Source: Eubacterium maltosivorans (lineage in GTDB: Bacteria; Bacillota; Clostridia; Eubacteriales; Eubacteriaceae). From it: a DNA stretch of 32,000 nt. The stretch covers positions 3,366,349 to 3,398,348 of the forward strand of contig NZ_CP029487.1 of NCBI RefSeq assembly GCF_002441855.2. Direction: 5' to 3'. The notes under the pieces are model-generated. The model did no database searches, had not been told where the DNA came from, and saw nothing but the letters and a program-made list of their open reading frames with translations. The position numbers and the translations under genes were made by a program. Each line of letters opens with the position of its first letter. Positions within the stretch are counted from its first letter, which is position 1. Below, piece after piece: positions 8,105-14,868 of the stretch.

Positions 8105-8122
8105 ATTTAGGAGGTGCCAATT

Positions 8123-8950
8123 ATGGCAAAAACCAAAGTCATCACAATTTCTAATCAAAAAGGTGGTGTCGGCAAGACCAATGTCACGGTGAACCTCGGT
8201 GTGGGTCTGGCAAATGAAGGAAAGAAAGTGCTTCTGGTGGACAGTGATCCACAAGGCGATTTAACCACTTCCCTCGGATGGTATGATCACTATGGACTTG
8301 AAGCGACGTTGACTACCATGATGCAGGGCATTGTCGCTGACCAGCCCATTGACCCCAAGGCGGTGATCCTGCACCACCCGGAAAACGTCGATTTAATCCC
8401 CGCGGATTTAGATCTCGCAGGCATGGAGATGTCACTACTGGTGGCTATGAACCGGGAATCCGTACTGCGCATGTGTCTACAGGACATCAAGAAAGACTAT
8501 GACTATATCCTTATCGACACCATGCCAAGCCTGGGTATCCTGTCGATTAACGCCATGGCTGCGGCGGACAGCATCATCATTCCCGTACAGGCCCAGTATC
8601 TGGCCCTTAATGGGATGACCCAGCTGATCCAATCCATCAACAAGGTTAAGCGGCAGATCAACCCCAATTTAAAAGTTGAAGGTGCACTCATTACCATGGC
8701 CGATATAAACACCAACATGACCAAAGAGGTGGCCGAAGCACTCCATGAGCAGTACGGAAAACAGCTTTATATTTTTCGCAATGCCATTCCACGCGCTACA
8801 AAGGCAGCAGAAACCAGTGCGGCGGCCAAAAGCATTTACACCTACGACAAGGGAACAAAAATCTGTGAAGCCTACAAAGCTTTGACGAAGGAGGTAATTA
8901 ACCATGGCAGTAAACAAAAAGATAAACATGCCGCTGCCCAGTGCCGATGA
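8123..8950 (+). CDS. parA: ParA/Soj-family partition ATPase
   Basis: Deviant Walker A motif KGGVGKT in [26 protein letters not shown] at 8109-8114 lies 8 nt upstream of the ATG at 8123. The track start at 8114 is a GTG inside the SD. Confidence 0.9.
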   Translation: MAKTKVITISNQKGGVGKTNVTVNLGVGLANEGKKVLLVDSDPQGDLTTSLGWYDHYGLEATLTTMMQGIVADQPIDPKAVILHHPENVDLIPADLDLAGMEMSLLVAMNRESVLRMCLQDIKKDYDYILIDTMPSLGILSINAMAAADSIIIPVQAQYLALNGMTQLIQSINKVKRQINPNLKVEGALITMADINTNMTKEVAEALHEQYGKQLYIFRNAIPRATKAAETSAAAKSIYTYDKGTKICEAYKALTKEVINHGSKQKDKHAAAQCR

Positions 8951-9842
8951 CCTGTTTAAAACCGATGCGGAAAGACAGAATGATGGACTTGAAAAAGTTA
9001 TGGAAATTCCCATTGAGGAAATTTCAAGCTTTCCAGACCATCCCTTTAAGCTCCAGATGGATGAAGCCATGCAGGACATGGTCGAAAGCATCAAAGAATA
9101 CGGCGTACTGTCACCCGCTTTGGTAAGACCAAAAGAAGGCGGGGGATACGAGATGGTATCCGGCCACCGTCGAAAAATGGCTTCTGAGATTGCAGAAAAG
9201 ACGGCGATCCCCTGTATTGTCCGAAACCTGACGGATGATGAAGCCATTATTCTGATGGTGGATTCCAATCTGCAACGGGAAAAAATCATGCCTTCAGAAA
9301 AAGCTTTTGCTTACAAAATGAAACTCGATGCCATGAAAAGACAGGCAGGAAGGCCGAGCAAAAATAATCCTGTGCCAGTGGCACAGGATTTAAAGGGAAA
9401 GACTTCCCGCGAAGTTTTAGGCGAACAGGTGGGGGAGAGTCAGGATCAAATACGGCGTTATATCCGTTTAACCGAACTGGATTCCCCCATTTTGGACATG
9501 GTGGATGAGGGGAGAATCGCATTCCGGCCCGCGGTGGAGCTGTCCTACCTGAAGCCTGCCGAGCAAAAACAGCTTTTAGAGGTGATGGAAAGCGAGGAGT
9601 GTACCCCTTCATTGGCACAGTCCACGAAGCTGAAACAGTTCTCCAAGGAAGGGAAACTCACGAACAACGTCATTTTATCCATCATGAAAGAGGTCAAGCC
9701 CAACCAGAAGGAAACCATCAAAATTCAGAAAGAGAAAATCAGCAAGTATTTCAGGAAAGGAACCACCGACAAAAAAATTGAAGATACCATCATCAAGGCG
9801 TTGGAGATGTATCAGAAACGCCAGAAGCAGATGGAGCGGTAA
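8904..9842 (+). CDS. parB: ParB/Spo0J-family N-terminal domain protein
   Basis: ParB box with arginine patch ([13 protein letters not shown]) and an HTH region. AAGGAGG lies 8 nt upstream of the ATG. The gene overlaps parA by 47 nt. Confidence 0.85.
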   Translation: MAVNKKINMPLPSADDLFKTDAERQNDGLEKVMEIPIEEISSFPDHPFKLQMDEAMQDMVESIKEYGVLSPALVRPKEGGGYEMVSGHRRKMASEIAEKTAIPCIVRNLTDDEAIILMVDSNLQREKIMPSEKAFAYKMKLDAMKRQAGRPSKNNPVPVAQDLKGKTSREVLGEQVGESQDQIRRYIRLTELDSPILDMVDEGRIAFRPAVELSYLKPAEQKQLLEVMESEECTPSLAQSTKLKQFSKEGKLTNNVILSIMKEVKPNQKETIKIQKEKISKYFRKGTTDKKIEDTIIKALEMYQKRQKQMER

Positions 9843-9851
9843 CAGGATTCA

Positions 9852-9871
9852 GGGCGGCAGAGATGCCGCCC
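9852..9871 (+). other. GC-rich stem-loop after parB (possible attenuator or RNA stabiliser)
   Basis: GGGCGGCA, loop GAGA, TGCCGCCC: a perfect 8-bp stem with no proper U-tract. Confidence 0.3.
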
Positions 9872-9896
9872 ATTTACGTTCAAAGGAGGAACGAAG

Positions 9897-10478
9897 ATGT
9901 TAGAAACAGATTGGATGTACGAAGATTATCAGATCACACAGGCCATTGATATTCAAGGGCGTATGGTTATTTTTGGAGAAAGTCGCTTAGATAATAAGCC
10001 AACAGCGTTCTTGTGCGGCTATTATGAACCTTTGTTATTGGCGGATGCTTATTCGGAAATCCAAATCGGCAGTTATCTGGAAATGATGGAACTGTTCATA
10101 AAGCGGGTACAGTGTCAAATTGATAAAGTGCGGGAGGAACAACAGGAAATGGATGTGCCGTTAGATGCTATTACCCGGGAAATGTGTGTTCCTTATCAGG
10201 AGAATACAGGCATCCGTGGTCAGATGGTTGCCATTGATCCCATGCGGTTTCGGCCAGAAGATCGCATTGGCCCGAAACAAATCGGCTATGTGATAGCGGA
10301 TCAAACACCTTCCAAAAACAGTATGGTGTTCAGACGGCTTTATGATGGCCGGGAGATGTGCTGTTTTTACGGGGACATTCTGGGTGTGATCAAGTCTGAG
10401 TATCAGTCGGATTGGGCCAAAGAAGTGGTCTGTCAACTTGAAAAAAATGATGAAAACCGAAAAGGAGAAACACGCTGA
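9897..10478 (+). CDS. Hypothetical conjugative-element protein (193 aa)
   Basis: AAGGAGG lies upstream. Codon composition matches the neighbours. Its stop overlaps the next start (TGATG). Confidence 0.7.
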   Translation: MLETDWMYEDYQITQAIDIQGRMVIFGESRLDNKPTAFLCGYYEPLLLADAYSEIQIGSYLEMMELFIKRVQCQIDKVREEQQEMDVPLDAITREMCVPYQENTGIRGQMVAIDPMRFRPEDRIGPKQIGYVIADQTPSKNSMVFRRLYDGREMCCFYGDILGVIKSEYQSDWAKEVVCQLEKNDENRKGETR

Positions 10479-10744
10479 TGGAAAAACATGAAAACAAAGG
10501 CTATCAGATCACCGACAGCATCCAAGTCGGGAATACCGCTTTCGTCATCGGACACAGCGAAAGCCTGCCCTATCCCTATGTGGTTTGGAAGAAAACCGAA
10601 GGGCAGGGATACGATTATGGACATTATAAAAACCATCGTCAGGAAGCCGTTGAAGATTTGTGCCGCCGGGCACTCAAAGAATTAAAAATACAAAGAAATA
10701 AAGAAATGCGAAAACCGCGAAAGGAGCAGGCCGAAAATGAATAA
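10478..10744 (+). CDS. Hypothetical protein (88 aa), N-terminal module paralogous to the start of the 9897 gene
   Basis: Translationally coupled start. The YQIT...VIGHSE segment is shared with the preceding protein. Basic C-terminal half. Confidence 0.6.
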   Translation: MEKHENKGYQITDSIQVGNTAFVIGHSESLPYPYVVWKKTEGQGYDYGHYKNHRQEAVEDLCRRALKELKIQRNKEMRKPRKEQAENE

Positions 10745-11024
10745 ATTACCAGAACAGTGCTATAACACCTTACTCTCCACCGGGGAGCTTGTCACCATTA
10801 AGAAAAATGAAAAAGGCTATTTCCCATCTGAGCTTTCCACACCGGATATGTTAACAAACCGTGCCATTGCAGAGCGGGCTAACCGAAAGGCTGGGATCAC
10901 CAAGGCTCAGACCGCTGCCATGGTCGGCGGTTCTTTGTTTGGATGGTCATCACCCGCCGCGAATCCAGATAACTATGATGTCAACGGCAATTTTGTTCGC
11001 GGACGTTTCAAGGATGAGCCGTAA
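10737..11024 (+). CDS. Hypothetical protein (95 aa)
   Basis: AAGGAG lies 10 nt upstream. The gene overlaps the previous stop. The GITKAQTAAMVGGSLFGWSSPAANPDNYD core looks conserved. Confidence 0.6.
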   Translation: MNKLPEQCYNTLLSTGELVTIKKNEKGYFPSELSTPDMLTNRAIAERANRKAGITKAQTAAMVGGSLFGWSSPAANPDNYDVNGNFVRGRFKDEP

Positions 11025-11035
11025 GGAGCAGTGCC

Positions 11036-11299
11036 ATGGCTAAAAATACCAAAGGTTTCAGAGCTTTAACCCGTCTGATTGAAGCGGGCTATAACACCGA
11101 AAAGGCCATTGCGGGCATGACCATGACTGAAATGCTGGCGTTGCCCGGCGTGTCGGTCTCCGAACTTGTCCAGTTCGACGAACTGCAAAAAAGCGTTAAA
11201 GCAGGCAAAGTTGTCACCTATTTAGGCACCACAGAGGAACGAGAAAAGAAAAAAGAGGAAGGAGCAAAAGCAAATGACCAAGAAAATACGGTTTATTGA
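11036..11299 (+). CDS. Hypothetical protein (87 aa), possibly helix-hairpin-helix-like
   Basis: AAGGAG lies 7 nt upstream of the ATG. The segment MTMTEMLALPGVSVSEL is HhH-like. Confidence 0.55.
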   Translation: MAKNTKGFRALTRLIEAGYNTEKAIAGMTMTEMLALPGVSVSELVQFDELQKSVKAGKVVTYLGTTEEREKKKEEGAKANDQENTVY

Positions 11300-11831
11300 T
11301 GCGCGGTATTTTGACCTTTTTTATCTGCCCGACGGCAGCCGGATTATTGAAAAATCCATGGATGGCTCGAAAGAGAAAAAGCGCTGTTACTACATTGATC
11401 CCTACCATGCAAAAATTGGTGAGCGCATTTTCCATATCCATGAATATGCAAAGCAGATGGAAGAAAGTGCGGTTCTCTATGTTCCAGAAAGGCCACAAGC
11501 AGATGACCAGTTAGACTATTACACCATTTATCAGATGCAAAACCGATTAAGGGTGGATTATGCTTTCTGCACTTACGAGGAAGCGAAAGACCGGATTAAT
11601 CCTGAAAATTATCGCCCGGTTTATCAGGCTGTTTTAGCTCAAAACGTAAATCAGGAAGATATTTATTCGATTCACAACCGGGAAAACCGTCCCTTTAAAG
11701 ATAAAATAAGACCTTTATCCTTAGGTGATATTATCCTTTTCCACCGAAAGGGTCATCACATTGCCTATTATGTGGACATGGCCGGGTATCCAGAGATCCC
11801 TGGCTTTTCCTTTAAAATTGAAAACAAATGA
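11274..11831 (+). CDS. YodL-like domain protein
   Basis: AAGGAG lies 9 nt upstream. The C-terminal half (YYTIYQMQ...NYRPVYQAVL...EDIYSIHNRENRPFKDKIRPLSLGDIILFHRKGHHIAYYVDMAGY) matches my recollection of the YodL-like domain found in Firmicutes conjugative elements. Confidence 0.6.
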   Translation: MTKKIRFIDARYFDLFYLPDGSRIIEKSMDGSKEKKRCYYIDPYHAKIGERIFHIHEYAKQMEESAVLYVPERPQADDQLDYYTIYQMQNRLRVDYAFCTYEEAKDRINPENYRPVYQAVLAQNVNQEDIYSIHNRENRPFKDKIRPLSLGDIILFHRKGHHIAYYVDMAGYPEIPGFSFKIENK

Positions 11832-11835
11832 GGTG

Positions 11836-12237
11836 ATGGTATTGCTCAATGCACGCATTACATACGGTGGCAAGCAGCTTTTAACCAAGCTCTGGTACCC
11901 ACACGATACCATCAAATGGGCTTTATACGATATGGGCATCAGAAAGTCCATGGATGAAATTTATCCGGATGATCCGGAAATCAGTATCCAGTACCTGCCC
12001 GACAGTCCAGAAGGACAGCAGCTTTCATCCTTGATTACCTGCCGCCATTCCCTCATGGAAGTCAACACCGCCTGCCGGGCTTACTACTGTACCGGGGACT
12101 ACCGCGTTATGGATCGCATGGATGCGCGGCTTGAAAAGGGCTCTATTAAAACATTGGAGGACTATATTAAAACCGCGCAGCGGATCAAGAGAAAGCTGGA
12201 TAAAGACCCGATCCGGCGGAAAACCGATGCGCGGTAA
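11836..12237 (+). CDS. Hypothetical protein (about 133 aa)
   Basis: The track ORF 11725..12237 overlaps the previous gene by about 100 nt. The in-frame ATG at 11836 (MVLLNARITYGG...) follows that gene's stop. The exact start is uncertain (GTG at 11833 and TTG at 11842 are also possible). Confidence 0.55.
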   Translation: MVLLNARITYGGKQLLTKLWYPHDTIKWALYDMGIRKSMDEIYPDDPEISIQYLPDSPEGQQLSSLITCRHSLMEVNTACRAYYCTGDYRVMDRMDARLEKGSIKTLEDYIKTAQRIKRKLDKDPIRRKTDAR

Positions 12238-12260
12238 AAGAAAAAAGGAGGAAAACCAAC

Positions 12261-13268
12261 ATGTACGAGGGTGTGATTAATGCCTATGTGACGAACTTAG
12301 GCCGCTACAACGAGGGTTATCTGGTGGGAGAGTTCTTAGCTTTACCCGCCACCACTGAGGAAGTACAGGCTATTTTTGAGCGGATCGGCGTAGACGAAAA
12401 GCGATATGAGGAATACTTTATCACCGATTATGAAACAGAGATCAGCGGTCTGGGCGATTGTCTGGGTGAATATGAAAATCTGAATGCCTTGAATTATCTT
12501 GCGTCCTGCCTTGATGAGCTGACCGAGGAAGAAATGAAAAAATATGAAATCGCTGTGGAAGAAGGCGACTACACGTCAAGCATCGTGGATTTAATCAACT
12601 TGACCCAAAATCTGGATTGCTACGACATCGTTCAGGACATCGACAACGACTATGCGCTGGGGGAATACTATATCAACGAGTGCGGTGCATTTTTGGAAGT
12701 ACCGGATGGGCTGAGTAACTATATCGCCTATGACGCATATGGACGGGACGCGCGGATGAATGATTGCGGCAGCTACATCAACGGCTGTTATGTGTGCGAA
12801 ACTGGAGCAGGCTTTTATCCTTTCTTCGATGGTCATGAGATTCCCGAAGAATACCACATCACGTCTTTTCCAGAGCCAAGAGATGTGGATGCCCTGATGG
12901 TACGCATCGGACAGCCTCCTGAAAAAATCCGCATTGAAAATAGTCTGGAAGGCATCGAGAGTGTCTTTGAAGGGACCGTTTGCGCCTATCCCCTGTCGGA
13001 TGAAACCCTCATTGTTACTCAAAAAGAGGATAAACGGATTCCCAACCACGCCCTTTTTGACGCAGCGGAACATGCCAAGATCAGCGTTTGTGGGGATTTT
13101 CTATTGTGCAACTGGGATTTTGAAGCCCTTAAAGTCAAAGACCTCACCCCAAAACAGATTGAAAAATATATGGATCAACTGGAACATCCTGAAAAATACA
13201 ATGGGGATGTGCAGCGAAAGATCGTATTTCCGGAAAAAGAAAAGCATCGGGACACGATGGAACGGTAA
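12261..13268 (+). CDS. ardA: Antirestriction protein ArdA fused to a C-terminal DUF3846-like domain
   Basis: The N-terminus INAYVTNLGRYNEGYLVGEFLALPATTEEVQAIFERIGV is the ArdA signature (compare Tn916 Orf18). The protein is acidic. Residues from about 205 to 335 align with the two downstream DUF3846 proteins. AAGGAGG lies upstream. Confidence 0.85.
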   Translation: MYEGVINAYVTNLGRYNEGYLVGEFLALPATTEEVQAIFERIGVDEKRYEEYFITDYETEISGLGDCLGEYENLNALNYLASCLDELTEEEMKKYEIAVEEGDYTSSIVDLINLTQNLDCYDIVQDIDNDYALGEYYINECGAFLEVPDGLSNYIAYDAYGRDARMNDCGSYINGCYVCETGAGFYPFFDGHEIPEEYHITSFPEPRDVDALMVRIGQPPEKIRIENSLEGIESVFEGTVCAYPLSDETLIVTQKEDKRIPNHALFDAAEHAKISVCGDFLLCNWDFEALKVKDLTPKQIEKYMDQLEHPEKYNGDVQRKIVFPEKEKHRDTMER

Positions 13269-13300
13269 GCAGAATGTCACCTGAAGATTCTGCTTTTTTT
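13269..13300 (+). terminator. Rho-independent terminator after ardA
   Basis: GCAGAAT (13269-13275) pairs with ATTCTGC (13287-13293), followed by TTTTTTT (13294-13300). Confidence 0.65.
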
Positions 13301-13390
13301 ATTTCAGAAGGGAGGTGATTCCCTTGAACTATAATCCATAGAGCTCACGGTCACAAAAGAAATTTTTAAAAAAACGAAGGAGAAAAACAC

Positions 13391-13561
13391 ATGAGTACAG
13401 CCATTAACCTGAATGAATTGATGAAACTTTATGAGGGGGAGGACGTGGAGATCACGTTGATCATCCCCTCGTCACCCCTCATTGTGGATGTGGGAGAGAC
13501 ATCAGAAGCCAGCGAAGGGAAAGGAAACGATCATGAAAAACAATACCACGAATCAAAATGA
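13391..13561 (+). CDS. Small acidic hypothetical protein (56 aa)
   Basis: Below the track cut-off. Translation: MSTAINLNELMKLYEGEDVEITLIIPSSPLIVDVGETSEASEGKGNDHEKQYHESK. AAGGAG lies 8 nt upstream of the ATG. It overlaps the next gene by 29 nt. Confidence 0.4.
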   Translation: MSTAINLNELMKLYEGEDVEITLIIPSSPLIVDVGETSEASEGKGNDHEKQYHESK

Positions 13562-13979
13562 ACTAACGGATAAGAAAGACGAAATCACCATCCTGATGAT
13601 CCGGGCCGGGGAGCGGCCACAGGAAATGACCATTGAGAACACCCTTGAAGCCAAGCAGAAATTGGTGGATGGATACATTGAAATGTATTATCTTCCAACC
13701 GATGACGACGCAGTGATCATCTGTAATGAAGAAGGAAAGATCAACGGTCTGCCCCTGAACCGCGGTATTTTTGATGAAAAAAAGCGGCTTGTTGAGATTA
13801 TTGCAGGCGATTTTTTTCTTTGTAACGCCCCGAGGGACAGCGAGGATTTTACAAGCTTAAGCCCAAAACAAATTGAAAAATTTTCTGAGCAATTCAAATA
13901 TCCTGAACAGTTTATACGCCTTAATCAAGGGATTATCGCTGTCCCGATAAAGGATAAACACAGGGATTATGAGCGGTAA
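13533..13979 (+). CDS. DUF3846 domain protein (paralog 1)
   Basis: Contains DDDAVIICNEEGKINGLPLNRG...IAGDFFLCN...LSPKQIEKF. The preferred start is the ATG at 13533 (MKNNTTNQ). The track starts upstream at 13482. Confidence 0.7.
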   Translation: MKNNTTNQNELTDKKDEITILMIRAGERPQEMTIENTLEAKQKLVDGYIEMYYLPTDDDAVIICNEEGKINGLPLNRGIFDEKKRLVEIIAGDFFLCNAPRDSEDFTSLSPKQIEKFSEQFKYPEQFIRLNQGIIAVPIKDKHRDYER

Positions 13980-13985
13980 CTGAAA

Positions 13986-14393
13986 ATGAAACGTACAATC
14001 AATGTCTTATATATCCGATCCGGGGAGTCCCCGCGGGAAGTTACCATTCCCAATAACCTGAAATCCATGCAAAAACTCGTAGGCGGCAACATTGAAAGGT
14101 ATGAGTTACAAACGGATGATGATGCAGTGATTATCTGCAACGATGAAGGAAAGATAAACGGTCTGCCGATGAACCGTGGCATCTTTATTGATAACAGTGA
14201 ACTTATTGACATCATTGCCGGGGACTTTCTTATCTGCAATGCGCGGGGTGACCGAAAAGGTTTTTCCAGTCTTACCCCCGAACAAATCCAAAAATATGCC
14301 GAAGAATACAAGTTTCCTGAGCGGTTTTGCCGTGTAAACCGAGAGATTGTTGTCGTGCCGTTGATGCCGAAAATCAAATATTATGAGCGGTAA
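13986..14393 (+). CDS. DUF3846 domain protein (paralog 2)
   Basis: Contains DDDAVIICNDEGKINGLPMNRG...IAGDFLICN...LTPEQIQKY. It is clearly paralogous to 13533..13979 at both the protein and the DNA level. Confidence 0.75.
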   Translation: MKRTINVLYIRSGESPREVTIPNNLKSMQKLVGGNIERYELQTDDDAVIICNDEGKINGLPMNRGIFIDNSELIDIIAGDFLICNARGDRKGFSSLTPEQIQKYAEEYKFPERFCRVNREIVVVPLMPKIKYYER

Positions 14394-14531
14394 CTAAATT
14401 GAAAGCAGGGGAGCCTTGCGGCGTGAGACTGTCCCAGCAAGCACTGAAAAAGGATAGCCGCCCTCCAGGCAGCTCACCTTTTTCGCTTGTTGGGGCGTGC
14501 CCCAATCCCCCTTTTATAACGTGGATAAGGA
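14394..14531 (+). promoter_or_regulatory. Putative oriT / relaxosome assembly region
   Basis: A 138-bp intergenic region directly upstream of mobC and the relaxase gene. It contains the palindrome TTGGGGC-GT-GCCCCAA (14490-14505), followed by CCCCCTTTTATAAC. Confidence 0.45.
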
Positions 14532-14540
14532 GTGAAAAAT

Positions 14541-14867
14541 ATGCGAAAGCGCAACGTTGAGATCCTGTTTCGCCTGACAAGGCGGGAAGCACAGGAACTG
14601 GATAAAAAAGTGAAGAAGTCTGGTCTGAGCCGGGAAGCTTTTCTGCGTGCCATGATTGAAGGCTACCAGTTACACGAAAAACCCGGCCCGGCGTTTTACG
14701 AAACCATGCGGCAGATGTCCGCCATCGGAAACAACCTGAACCAGATTGCCGCCAAGGCCAATGCCCTGGGTTTTGTGGATCAGCCGCTTTATGAAAAAGA
14801 AGCCCTGAAATGGCGGAAGTTCCAGACCGAAATCAGAGAAAAATTTCTGCTGCCAGAAAAAGGATGA
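14541..14867 (+). CDS. mobC: MobC-family relaxosome accessory protein
   Basis: RLTRREAQELDKKVKKSGLSREAFLR together with IGNNLNQIAAKAN is the MobC signature. AAGGAG at 14527-14532 lies 8 nt upstream of the ATG at 14541. The track GTG at 14532 lies within the SD. Confidence 0.8.
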   Translation: MRKRNVEILFRLTRREAQELDKKVKKSGLSREAFLRAMIEGYQLHEKPGPAFYETMRQMSAIGNNLNQIAAKANALGFVDQPLYEKEALKWRKFQTEIREKFLLPEKG

Positions 14868-14868
14868 T

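Noticed and set aside
7899-8192. 97-aa plus-strand ORF upstream of and overlapping parA
   Set aside because: It reads straight through the strong terminator hairpin and into the parA SD and start codon. It has no SD, and its sequence is basic and low-complexity.
8669-9289. 206-aa minus-strand ORF overlapping parA and parB, and similar shadow ORFs (16832..17209-, 24477..25010-, 25161..25496-, 12591..13073-)
   Set aside because: Each is antisense to a gene with clear family motifs. None has a ribosome-binding site or recognisable motifs, and their translations are low-complexity.
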